From: Macrostomum lignano | Taxonomy: Eukaryota | Length of the DNA: 64,000 nt | Reading direction: 5' to 3' | NCBI GenBank assembly: GCA_002269645.1 | Contig: NIVC01002210.1 | Coordinates: 1-64,000 of the forward strand | Shown: one piece after another, positions 34,001 to 45,983 of the stretch | Numbering within the stretch: position 1 is the stretch's first letter | How the letters are laid out: each line of letters starts with the position of its first letter | Notes under the pieces: generated by a model | Seen by the model: the letters and a program-made list of their open reading frames with translations, nothing else | What the model was told of the DNA's origin: nothing | Database searches by the model: none | Program-made: the position numbers and the translations under genes

Positions 34001-36311
34001 CAATCGCCATGCGACTGTCTTCGTCAATGAGACCGAAGAGGATCGCAATCAGTTGAAACTGCGCTGCCGAGCCGTGCTTAACGTCATCCGATCGCTGTCC
34101 TTCCTTCCTAGCAACGAATCTGTTATTGGTGAGTTCTAGCTTGTATTCTCAGCATTCTTCAGTGTGTGCTCAGCCTCTATCCCCTGATTCTTCTGTGTGT
34201 GCTCAGCCTCTACTATCCCCTGATTCTTCTGTGTGTGCTCAGCCTCTACTATCCCCTGATTCTTCAGTGTGTGCTCAGCCTCTATCCCCTGATTCTTCTG
34301 TGTGTGCTCAGCCTCTACTATCCCCTGATTCTTCTGTGTGTGCTCAGCCTCTACTATCCCCTGATTCTTCAGTGTGTGCTCAGCCTCTATCCCCTGATTC
34401 TTCTGTGTGTGCTCAGCCTCTACTATCCCCTGATTCTTCAGTGTGTGCTCAGCCTCTACTATCCCCTGATTCTTCAGTGTGTGCTCAGCCTCTACTATCC
34501 CCTGATTCTTCTGTGTGTGCTCAGCCTCTACTATCCCCTGATTCTTCAGTGTGTGCTCAGCCTCTACTATCCCCTGATTCTTCAGTGTGTGCTCAGCCTC
34601 TACTATCCCCTGATTCTTCAGTGTGTGCTCAGCCTCTATCCCCTGATTCTTCAGTGTGTGCTCAGCCTCTACTATCCCCTGATTCTTCAGTGTGTGCTCA
34701 GCCTCTACTATCCCCTGATTCTTCAGTGTGTGCTCAGCCTCTATTCCCTGATTCTTCAGTGTGTGCTCAGTCTCTACTATTCGCTGATTCTTCTGTGTGT
34801 GCTCAGCCTCTATTATCCCCTGATTCTTCAGTGTGTGCTCAGCCTCTATTATCCCCTGATTCTTCAGTGTGCTCAGACTCTACCGTTTCTTCATCAATCG
34901 GTTAATTAAACGTCTCCCACTTGCTTTTACAGTGTAGACAGTACATTGTATGTTTCTCAACCGCCACCTGACACAGGCAACCACTCGGGCTTCCTTCGGA
35001 TCGCCGCCACCCTGTTGAACACACCTGGAGACTCGCTAATGTACGATGTAGACGACTTGCTGGTAATCCTGTCCAACGTTGCCGGTCACGTCGCTCTCGA
35101 ACGCCTGTCCGAATGCGTCTGCCGGCCATTGGTCTCCGTGCTGCTCCGCCGGCTGCACGAGGACGCCTGGTTCGGCCTGGCTTGCGAGACGCTGGCTAAG
35201 ATGTGCGTCAGGCCCGAGAACATCGACCTGGTGCTGGCCACCCCGGATAGGGGCCAACTGCGCGACACTCTCGAGATGCTGTGCGGCAAGCTCAGACAGA
35301 GAGATCAGGTACGTATTAATTTCATTGATGTTTTTTAGCTCTACTCTCGCGAGTCCTTTTTCCTGTATTATCTAACCTGGATTGCTAATTAGAAATTTAA
35401 GCCCTCGTATCCGAAGCACCGCCTATCCGCATCTGCATTTAATTGTTCTCTTTTGCGGCTTCTATATGCAGTTGATTCTGCATTTAGTCTGCTCCTGTGC
35501 CTTCTTTTAGTTCTCTCTCTCCCTCTCGCTCGTCTGGCCTTTTCTGCTTCATATTTGATAATATTGTTTTTCTTATTTCCAAACAACTTGGGCTGGTTCA
35601 GATGCTGCACTGATGGCTCAGACAGTCTGAGAGATTTCCTACAGAATTTGCTGCCAGGCAGTGGCAACCGCGTATAATTGCGCAGCCAATCTTTTTTCTC
35701 GCTTCTAATTCTTGCTGCTGCCTTATTGCTTGCCAACTTGGAACAGCTGCTGCTCTGTCAGGGGGCGATGCGCAGCTAGAAAAGATTCCTATGAAAGCGT
35801 TGCGCAAGATACGGTCATTGGCCTTGGCGCACCACCTGTTAACCTAAAATTATCGCCCCGTCTCACCCGTGCTCAGGTGCAACGCGAGCTCTCCCTGGCC
35901 CTGCTAGTTTACCTACTGGCGCACAGCGATGACTGGTCAGTGTGCGAGCTGGCCGCCCAGTGCAGCCCCGGGCCTGTGCGGCCGATTCTGGACTTTTTAG
36001 AACAGGTGGAGAGTCAAGCTGTGCACATCTGCCAGCAGTACGGAGTGCAAGCTCTGGCTGAGAATCCCGACCTGCTCCGCCAGGCTCCCGGCGTCGTGTC
36101 GCTTGACCTGCTCCAGCGAGCGGTGCTATCGCTGCGCTGCGTGATGGAGCGCGGCGGCGAGCCAGCTTTGGCCAGCTTCGCCCGCGAAGAGGATCGCCTA
36201 TTGATGCTGTGCATGAGCTCCGTGCTGCAGCCTTCGCTGACTGAACCGCTGGCTGAATGCCTTCGCCGATTGTCTTGCCCGGAGGCGCAGCTGGTGGGGC
36301 CTCCGGCGTGA
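31040..36311 (+). CDS. ARID1: ARID1/osa (BAF250) SWI/SNF subunit
   Basis: Exon 31040-34128 (candidate ATG 31059) carries the ARID domain (ERRQWVERYLQFMEERG...LDLYRLY..V.ERGG...W..V...AAYTLRRNYTKYL) and DIWRVLMALRSGLLTEVTWALNVL. Exons ~34938-35308 and 35877-36311 complete the BAF250_C domain (ETLAKMCV..ENIDLVLATP). The true 5' end is uncertain. Confidence 0.93.
34150..34875. repeat. Intronic 36/33-bp minisatellite, about 20 copies
   Basis: Unit CAGTGTGTGCTCAGCCTCTACTATCCCCTGATTCTT, starting ~25 bp after the donor at 34129. Confidence 0.95.
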
Positions 36312-39300
36312 TGCCCAAACCCTGTGCGCGTCTGTCTCCCCATTCCTGGACACCCCGTTTCTGTCCCAAGTCTCCCCTGTCACAGGTGTTGCAGATTGTG
36401 TCGCACAATTTTGTACTTTTTTGCGTGTCACCTGCTTATCAGTCTGTCTTAATGTAAGTCTAATTTCTCTCCGTCTCATGCCCCGTGGTCTCCTGTTCTG
36501 TTCACAATCGCATATTATATTAAATTTGCGCGTACTTCAATTGCGTAGGTTTACGCTCGAGCAAAGCGTCGTGCTACCCGCTATTCGGCTTAATTTGTCC
36601 TTTAATGCAGATGCGCTTGTTCCACCCCCGCAGTGCCCTCGCGTGTGTACTGTAATTGACTGGTGTTTCTTTTTTGTTTACCTTTTTAACTTATTAAGTT
36701 TAGGCATTGTCAAATCAAAAATCAGTTTGATATAGTTGCTAGTTTAGTATCAATAGCTCTGGGATCATATTGTCAATAAATTAACTATTTTAATTGCTAA
36801 ATCTAGTTATTGTACTACTGACAGATAAACTAACTTTGATTAATTGTTTTTAATTCTTTTCTCTTATACGGCCAATCAGCAGTCTTTATGTGTTTTTGTT
36901 TTACAACTCGCTTGCGATTTATTAATACGTTTTTTTCAATAACGATGATAATGACAATAATAGTAATAATAATAGTAATAACGCCTATCTGTAAGTGCGC
37001 TACAGTCAGAGTGGGCCCGCAGTCTAAATTATTGTATTTAGTTTACTCTGCACACATATTGTAGTACTGTATATATATTATTTATGTATGCATATATATA
37101 TGATCGAGTGATGTTCTCCCGTGGCTCTCGTTTTCTCTATTCTCTCAGCTTACTGACCTTCTAATAACTAAATCTAACCCATCACTATTTCGTTGCAGCT
37201 GTTGTACTAAAAGGGATTATATTGGGCTTATAGGCTTCTCTCTCTATCCCCGGCTATATTTTGGTTTCACTTTATCAGCTCCCGAATTCTCGTCTCAAAC
37301 CGCAAATTGCTCGCTTGCTGACTGTCGGGGGTTTTGTACTTGTTTGCTTTTTCCACGCACCGATATATGTATGTATGTTTATGCATAACCCGGCATGGCC
37401 ACACCCACTCCCTGCTGCTTTACCTCTCCCCTCTCTTATCGTCCGCCACGCATGTCTGCTGCACTTTGCGTCGTCTCGGGGATCTGATGCTCTCTCTCAC
37501 TCACTCCTTGTTTAGCGCACTGCTGGGAGAAGTTGACTCTCTTCCCTTCTTACCCTCTTTAGCTGAGTGACGGCTCATTTCTCCCATTCCTCCTCATTTT
37601 TCAGTTACTAAAATAAAGCCCTCCCTCTCGATCCCCTTGCCGTCTCGTCCCAGGCCGAGTCAGTAGCTATTATACATAACAAAAAAGAACCGCACTAATA
37701 CCGCTTGAAAAAAAGTACTTCTCGCCCTTCCTAACTGGCCTGGTTGTGCTTTTTATGCGTCTCTTGCGGCGACCGTGCAACCCCTCTACCCCCTTGTCTT
37801 GTATTTTTTCTCTATTGAGGCTAAATAAAGTCAAAGTGCAGAGTTTCAAACAGCCCAGCGCACTGGGCTGAAATATGGATTGCTAGGTATATCTAGGTCT
37901 GCTATTGTGGCCCAAACTGTCTCAGATAGATATGAAAATAGAAAAATAGATATTGGCTAGGACTATTGCTATACCCTACTTTAACTAAGTAGTCTAGTTA
38001 GAAAATTTTCTTAAATTTCTCGTTTATTTATTCTCAGCGCACACTCCAATATTGTTGTTTGGCTTAACCTTGCCAATTTTTACTGGTAAATTAATTGTAA
38101 TTATAGCCCTAATGCCGTTTAATTTAAAATCAATGCTTAACACATTAGTTACAATATTTAATATGGTAAAAACTGTATTTTTGTGCTGCATTTTCCCTTT
38201 GCCCGATTTCAATTTTGGTGACTCCGAGTTTCTCGCGAACTTAATTTGTAAATGTTTTACTTATTAGTTGCTTTCCTGTCCAAAGTCCGGCTGTCTCTCT
38301 TCACTTTAATGTGCGCATAATGCGAACTGTATCAGCGACAGGCTGCACCCGAGTTGATTAGTATATATCCAACTTATATCGATTTTGCATCTGCTTTTAA
38401 ATTATTCACTAATTCAATGTGTCGCCGTTTTACGAGACTTATAGTAGCCCCTTCCGCCTCGCTGTGTTGCATAAGTTCTTGCGGAATTTCACACAGGCGT
38501 TATTGACGTTGCATTTTTTACGAGCATCCACTGTTCATAAAACGTTTGTGTTGCGCATCCTTGCTTTGCAACCTGTGTCGCGCACCTGTTCAATATCTTT
38601 CGGACTTTTTCATAAGCCCCCCCCGTCTCCTGCGCACCACCCCCGGCGTTGAACAGCCCCCAACTCCGCAACAAGTCACTTTGATGTTATTTGATGCAAG
38701 CTTTTGTGCTCTGTTCTGTCCTGACCCGTTCCCTTTCAAGTTGTGTTTGGCGACTGTGTAAAAAAATATAACACTTGGCGTGCTGTATTCAGCCCTTGTT
38801 GAATACTCGATTGGCTGCCTGTTGTGAGGGCTTTGCTTTCTCTTTTGTGTCTGTCGCTCTGTTTGAAAATTTAAATATTTGCACTAATGATTTTATGACT
38901 TAAACATTCTTTATCGCCGATTATTAGTCATTACGCTCGTATTAGTTACACATTAATTACCTTTCTGCCGCTTTAGAGCGGAGAAACACAGGCACACAAA
39001 ATTTAACAGTAATGGAGAATTTTCTGTTGTGCACCTCTTGAACAGAAGTCGGCTTCTGTTGTGCCAGCGTTTCAGAATCTTAATATATTCGACGTATAAC
39101 GACGACTTGATATTGCTACTGTTATAAAATGCACCACTACTGGAGGCTATTAAAGTAGGCTCATGAACGCCAACAGTCGGCCTCTTGCATTTAACTCACA
39201 TAAAAGGGGCCTTCGTGTTGTACATGATGGCATGATGGCATACTTTGTCCTTCAACTTATTTTGCAGTTCTACTCATACTAAATGTCGAAACAAAAGTTA

Positions 39301-42300
39301 GTCAGTAAACAGATCTTTTTAAAACGGTTTTGTGGCAACGTGCTTTGCTTTTTATATTCGATTTTTAGTATACAGTATGAAAAATTATGCATTTTCTGTT
39401 GAATTCTACATGTACATAAGCAGCAAATAAAGTAAAATTCAGCGTCCGTGGCTTAATTTAACCTGCCAAGTACCTGTTGCATATAATTGCCGCACACGTG
39501 GTCCGCTTGTGTGTTATGCATTTTTGCTCGGGTACAGTAGCGTAGCGTAACCGAAGTACTTCAGCTATCCATGAGCGTAATTATTATATTGTTCGAAAAT
39601 ACACTCACGGCGTGCCTTTTTGCTTCGGTACACTTGTATTTTGCACGCAGTCAGTTTCTTTAGACAAATAGACACGGTTTAAGCTAGAGGCGCAGTCGCC
39701 TTCTAATAGGGGAAACGAGGATTATATCCCCAATTTTCGGGAAAAAAAACTATTTTTGTCATGTTACCGCTTATGTCCTTTTCTGCCTAAGAAAGTTTAG
39801 TTTCTCTTTATTAAATGTGATTTTAAAATCAAGCCCTTTTCTGATTGAATGAGTTATACCACTTAATAGCTAATTTATAATAAATATAATTGATGGGTTT
39901 CGACCTTCGGGTCCCTTGTTAGGGAACCTTCGGGCCTCAGGCCTCAGAAATAAATCAATTAGTGTCCTGGCCCCCCACTCCTGTCAGATGGTCAGCCCCA
40001 TGGTAGCTTGATCGTGTGGCGAGCAGTCTAGGTCCTATAGCTAAGAGAGGGACAGCGAGAGACAAGCAGGGAGAATTTTGAAGGTAGAAATTAGCTAATC
40101 CGCAGACTAAGCTAACTCGCTGCCACCAGCCCGTACGTCCTGGCTCACCACACCGGGACTCTCGAAATCGGGCTTCCGACTACTTACCTGCCAACTAGTG
40201 TCTTTTTGCTGTCTATCTCGAAGTCATAGCCGATGATAAGGGACACTGCTGGGACTAGATCGCATTGGCCATGCAGGTACAGAGGGGACTTGTGCAGGGG
40301 ATTCTTGCAGTGGCGAGTCTATGGGGTAGCTACATGTACTATTACATTGCTAAATACGAAGATTTGTACTTTTGGCCTTCAACGCGCCAATTAGCCTCTC
40401 ATAGCGCTGATGATAGAATAACTCGAACTTCAGAGACCGCATGATTCATTACCCGAGCCGCTTGGCTAACCTAGAGTGCGCAAAGTACATTTCTGGCGCC
40501 GATTCTGCACTTCTGGCAGTTTTGCTCACTGATTTGATAGATTGATCGACTGAGAACCACCTTGCCATTGGTCCACTGTGACCGGCGCCTACTAGCTTAG
40601 CTACTCATCTGAGCCATCGGCGAACAAAGAAACAAAACCGATAAAAATAACTGTTAGATTTAACCTTCTCCTTTGATCACTTCACACTTCAGATTGAATT
40701 GGAGTTTAGACTACTAGCAGTATTATTGAATGACTTCTGCCTCAGTAACAGCACTACTGAACAAAATGAGCAAAAGTGTGCGCCTAATTCAGCTACTGAA
40801 ACAGGGGACAGATAGGGGATCACCCAATCAAGCAAGTCTAGGTAGCCTGTCACCCAACCAATCAGAAACTCAACAGCCGGAGACCAGGTAATCCACAGTG
40901 ACCGAATCGGCTTGATGCTTCGCAGCTGTAGACTCGGGATGATGCTGTCACGATCTTCGCTGTTAGCTAGCAGGTGATGCTCTTCACTTGATGTTCGCTG
41001 CTGATGACCGGGGGACTCGTCCTTGATGATGATGGGGGGGGGGGAAGTCGCAATCCGGGGATCAAGAAACGACGGTCAGGCTCCGGGAGGTCTCTAGCTA
41101 GGCCAAGTTCCCAGGAGGTGGGCGCAAGTTCCTAGTCAGTTACAGTCCGAGCGGGCCAAAAACTCCGGTTTAAATAGCCGCCAACTGGACCGCAGTTTGT
41201 TATAATGGAACACGTCGATTCTGATTGGCTGAGCCGTTTTGTTAAAATGAGCGTCGAATTTTCTGATTGGCTAAGCTTGTTGCTACCCAGAATCACGTGA
41301 CCGAGAGATCCTATCAGTTCCCACAGGGTCGTAAAAAGATGACAGGTGCGGCCATAAATCACTCAAAATCGCAATAAAATGATTTATGACTTTTCGCGTA
41401 GGATTGACAGAAATTAATGAAAAAATATACATTAGAAAGCTCTTATTAAATAGAAAGTGAAGATAATGAAGAGAAATCGCTAATCGCTAATCCCAAAGTA
41501 CTTTTAGGAGTAAAACGCATAGCTGTCAAAGCTGTCACACGCTTGAGTGAACCCGAACAATAGGCTCTGACCTCATAAATCTTGATGGCCTGTCAAAATG
41601 ATGAGAAAAAAGCTACCGCCCGCATCCTCTCAGACCATCTGGCGCCCGTCTCAACACTGAGTGAGGCGCAGGTGGCTGTCAGACCAGCTTCGAAAGCGAT
41701 GATTTATGACCCAAAAAGCAATGCCTATGTTATTATGACTACTAGTATGGCCAGACATTATATCTAGTATAGATTCTATGACAATTTGCAGAAAAAGGAT
41801 AAAAATGCCCATTGCCCACTGTCAGTAGGCTAGTAAGTTTAGAGCCCATGTGCTGGCGCGGGATTTGGGAAAAAGTGCGTCCTCATCATAATTTCCAACT
41901 GCGCTACAGCTGTATTTATCTGTAGCGTATAGGTAGAAAGATTTGGAATTGGGTGGAATAACTCAGGTTGAAAGGATGTGAAAGCTCAAAATTTATAAAA
42001 TATTAAGTAGAAAGTTTTTTGTTAAAAACCAATTCCAATCTTTTCTCCAGATAGCATGACCATGATAACCACTCCAACGGTTTGCTTTTTGTCTACATTT
42101 ATTCGTACTGACTTAAACAAATATTCATAGGTTATACCAACTTTTTGCATTAAATTATAAACTCAGCCCTAAAAATAAAAATAAAAAAGTATAAGTACCG
42201 AATTTTCTTTGGAAAATTTTTTTTATATTTAATGTTGCGTAAGTCAGCAAAATTTCCTAATGTGTCCGCTTACCGTACACAGAACCTACAAACTTCTTTT

Positions 42301-44139
42301 AGTTTGTTGTCATGTGAAAAGATACGTATATGTGCTTTTATAGTTCTATTGTACTATATGTCGCAATCTTCGAATCAATCCTAATGTTTATCTTTACCCC
42401 TGAGTCTCCAGGGTAGTTTAAACCACAACGGTTGCATTACTTGTCCCCCCCCCTGAGTCCTGACCCTGATCTTGTATTAGACTCAACGCATAGCATAGGC
42501 GGCATAGCTAAGGCAACAGCTTCCTTAACCCCTGTGGTTGAGTGACTTAGTGACATTGTTGAGGCCTAATTTTCTTATTCAGCATTTAAAGACGTTTGTA
42601 TTTTTGCTGTCAGTCTAGCTTCTTTCTTGGTGGTTGTAGTTAGGGCTTATTTAGCTTCTTTCAATTCAAGATCATTTTATTAATATTAGGCCCTAGCCTA
42701 CTAGGCACACAGGCCTAATACACTAATATTAATTAATAAACCTAATATCAATAAATCTTCCAACAAGAAACTGAAGAAACAATTTTTCAGGTATGTTAGG
42801 CCTAATTGAGACTGGCTTATGCTATGGCCATGGGCTACAATTAAAAAATTGATTTGCAACTATGACATGTTTAAAATCTTAAATCATAGAATAAACTTCA
42901 AGTCTAGCTATTATACATTATACTAGTTACTATTACTAAGCAATGTGATTTCTATTCCATACTCCAGATCATATAGACCTAGTAGTATAGGCCTATGCCC
43001 AAAAATTTTCTGCTATAAATTAGGCCCTATATCGCTAAAAAGCAAAAAATCAACCAAACTATCTGCCAAAAAGGTTCTCTTATATAATACAAAAAGGTCA
43101 TTTATTTTCACAATGTAAAAAGGGTCATTTATTGTTATAACACTAAGTATAGTTTTAGGAATAGGCATGCATTCAATTTTTTGACATGCAGTAATTATTC
43201 AATTTTTTTGGTTGTGCATCTAGCATGATCTAGACTAGGGTTTCTATTGTAGGCTTAGGCTAGGCCATGGTCATTATATTTAAAGTTCTACTAATTGTTA
43301 TAACTAAATTTTCCCTATATCTATAGACTATATCTATAGCCATGTAAGCCACCAGGGTCTAGATCGTATAATAGTGTATGCTGGAACAAGAATCCTATCC
43401 ATATACTAAAAATGAAAATCTTGTATGTTTGTACAAAATCGATTTTCTCCTGAATGGCTTGTCTTAGCTAAATGTATACTAGTGTATGCCAAAAGCAAAA
43501 AAAATTCCTAAAATATATACCAAAAATTCTACCTTAAAAAGTCATTCAGTTTTCACAAGTAGAGTAAAGGCTTTTGTATGAAGTCTTTTTAAAATATTAC
43601 AAATGTTTTAATTTTATACAAACCTAAATTAAACCTAGAGAAATTATAAAGCAAAATTTACATTCTTAGCAATCATTTATATTAATTTTATTTATTGTTA
43701 ATTTTAAAGAAGCAAAAAGTTTTATCACTGACTTTTTAGACTATATAAATTTGATTTTATTTTATGTAAAAATGGGTATTTACATTACAATTTTCATGCA
43801 TAGCATGAATTTTTTCACCAAAATTGGTATACCAAAAAATTGGCATCTATTTGTGTGCCAAAATTTGTATTTCAAAATTTGTATACCAACTTTGAAAGGG
43901 GTCATTTGTATGCCAGAATTTTCTGACATACATGTTACCTTCCAGAGTCTAGTATAGCCATATCTTGAAAACTTTCCCATAGCCTATTTGCATTTGTATC
44001 CATAGGCCTATCTATAGCTAGTAAACTTTTTGTAACTTATATTTATATAATACTATGACTTAGACCCTAATAAATGCTTTGAAGAGACAGCTAGATACTG
44101 CACATATAGCTATTTTACATGGGATATTTGGAGTATATA

Positions 44140-44400
44140 CATAAATGTGCAACCTCCAAAGTTTGGTTGGCCATGTGACTTAGTTTTAACAAAAATGCGA
44201 CATAGTTTTGGGCCAAAAATGCAACTTACCTATAAAAGAAACTAAAGCAAACTAAACATAATTTTGGGTAAATGGCAAGAGTAACTATTACTATTCTATT
44301 AAGGCTAACTGCCTCATCATCTGATTAGTACTATATCTGTATTCCTACTAGTGGGTATTTTTGTGACTTACTTTGGTTGGCCGAATGTTGCGCATATATG
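44140..44400. mobile_element. hAT-type MITE, family copy B
   Basis: TIRs CATAAATGTGCAAC / GTTGCGCATATATG, TSD AGTATATA/AGTAAATA (1 mismatch). Aligns by eye to 29208-29483. Confidence 0.8.
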
Positions 44401-44443
44401 AGTAAATAGCAGTTTAGATAGTGAGACCAATGCTATACTCTAT

Positions 44444-44636
44444 CAGTGGTTCTTAACCTGTAGGTTGCAATCCCAGTGGGGTCACATGACCATTTTCTAG
44501 GGGTTGAAGCACTAAGAAATATGTGAATATGTCATACTTAATGATGCATTATATTGATTATTAAGGGGTCATAAACATAAAAAATGATGCAAGTGAATAA
44601 ACTAGGGTCACCTGAAAAAGGGGTTGAGAACTGCTA
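44444..44636. mobile_element. Degenerate hAT/Charlie-like MITE
   Basis: TIRs CAGTGGTTCTTAACC and (reverse-complemented) TAGCAGTTCTCAACC. No clean TSD. Confidence 0.6.
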
Positions 44637-45179
44637 TTCTATATATAAGGATGCACCTGATATAGCCTTCTAACCTATTGCATAGGCAACAACTTTGACT
44701 TGTTGGCCAAGTAATCTAGTTATAGGTCTCTTGCCCTGAACTACTATATAAAGTGCTGTTGCTTAAGCAGTAAGGACTACATAGGCAAGGCCAAGGATAA
44801 ACATCCTCTCTTCAGTGCCTTCTTTCTTCTTTCCTCTCTTTCTCTGCCTTTTTTCTTTTCTTCCTTACCTCTCTTCCCCTTTCCCTTCTCTTCTTTCCCT
44901 CTCTTTTCTTTCTCTTCTTTCTTTTCTCTTCTTTTCCTTTTCTTACTACTTTCTCCCTCTTTCCTCTCCTTTTCTCCTCTTCCTCTCTTTTCTGTCTCCT
45001 TTTCTTGCTCCTTTTTATGTATTGTTTAAGTAACTAAAGTAACACAATTTCTAATTCTTACTAAGATCTTCTGCAAGGGCAATGGCCTACTCAGCAATTG
45101 GTTTCCAAGAAGCTTCCTTTGTAATTTAGCCTTCTTTGATAATGGTAACTTAAGCTTCACCATCCCAATCACAATGTGC

Positions 45180-45590
45180 ATATGGTGTCAAAAATATTGT
45201 TTGAGTCCCTGACCTCAGGGACTTAAGAGCTCCCTTTGTATTAAAATTGAAAACTATCTTAATTTTAACCCCCTTATTCCAACCTCAATGTATGTGTAGT
45301 GTCAAAAATTTTTGTCTTTGTAGCTTGAGTTCCCAATTCTAAGGACTTAAGAGCTCCCCTCACATTAAAAGTGAAAACATTCATCTTAAATTTAGCCCCC
45401 AACATCCTACCCCATCCTAGTCCCCAAGCCCAGGGACTTAAGAGCTCTATTGCATTGAAAGTGAAAGCATTTTCATCTCTTAACATTAGCCCCTAAGCCT
45501 TAACCACCCAACCACAACATGTATATGGTATCAAAACTCAGTTGCTAAGTCCCCAAATCCATGCAAGGACTTAAGAGCTCCCCTTTGAAA
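45180..45590. repeat. Degenerate ~90-130-bp tandem repeat, 4 copies
   Basis: GGACTTAAGAGCTC core recurs near 45219, 45342, 45435 and 45566 with similar flanks. Confidence 0.7.
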
Positions 45591-45983
45591 GTAAAATAAT
45601 TTATATTAACTACTTAACTATTAATGTTAGGCGCCTAACCTTTACTACCCAACCATAATATGGAGATGGCTTTTAGACCATCTTAAGGTGTTTAATTCAT
45701 ATATAATATATTATAATATATATTTTTGAATATTTATTAATCAAGTCTAATTTCTCTGAAAAGCCTGTTATATTAGAATTATCTGGAATCAATGATGCAA
45801 TTAATTATATTTTATTGGTGTTCCACTCGAATGATTTACCACTGACAAACTATTTTTAAATAGCAAAGCTATTCAACTGTTCAAACTAAGACTATTGCAA
45901 TATAATGGAAAAAGCGTCAAAAACAGGTTTTTTCTATAGTTACAGCCATAATTAATTTTATTAAATATGTTTCCTAACAGTCC

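Noticed and set aside
31036-34056. Many antisense and alternate-frame ORFs over the ARID1, DYRK1A and ZNFX1-like exons
   Set aside because: These are shadow ORFs of GC-rich, low-complexity coding sequence.
34126-34909. Long repetitive ORFs (SVCAQPLLSPD / YPLILQCVLSL), and similar ones at 20987-21270, 47861-48977 and 50411-50859
   Set aside because: These are stop-free minisatellites lying in introns or intergenic DNA, open in several frames at once.
40407-40430. CTGATGA...GAAC as a hammerhead ribozyme core
   Set aside because: Stem II cannot pair and GAAA is absent. Other CTGATGA hits also lack the core.
39700-41750. Repeat-like segment with paired CTGATTGGCT boxes near 41221 and 41262
   Set aside because: It looks like a TE end or promoter, but there are no partner terminus, TSD or ORF to support a call.
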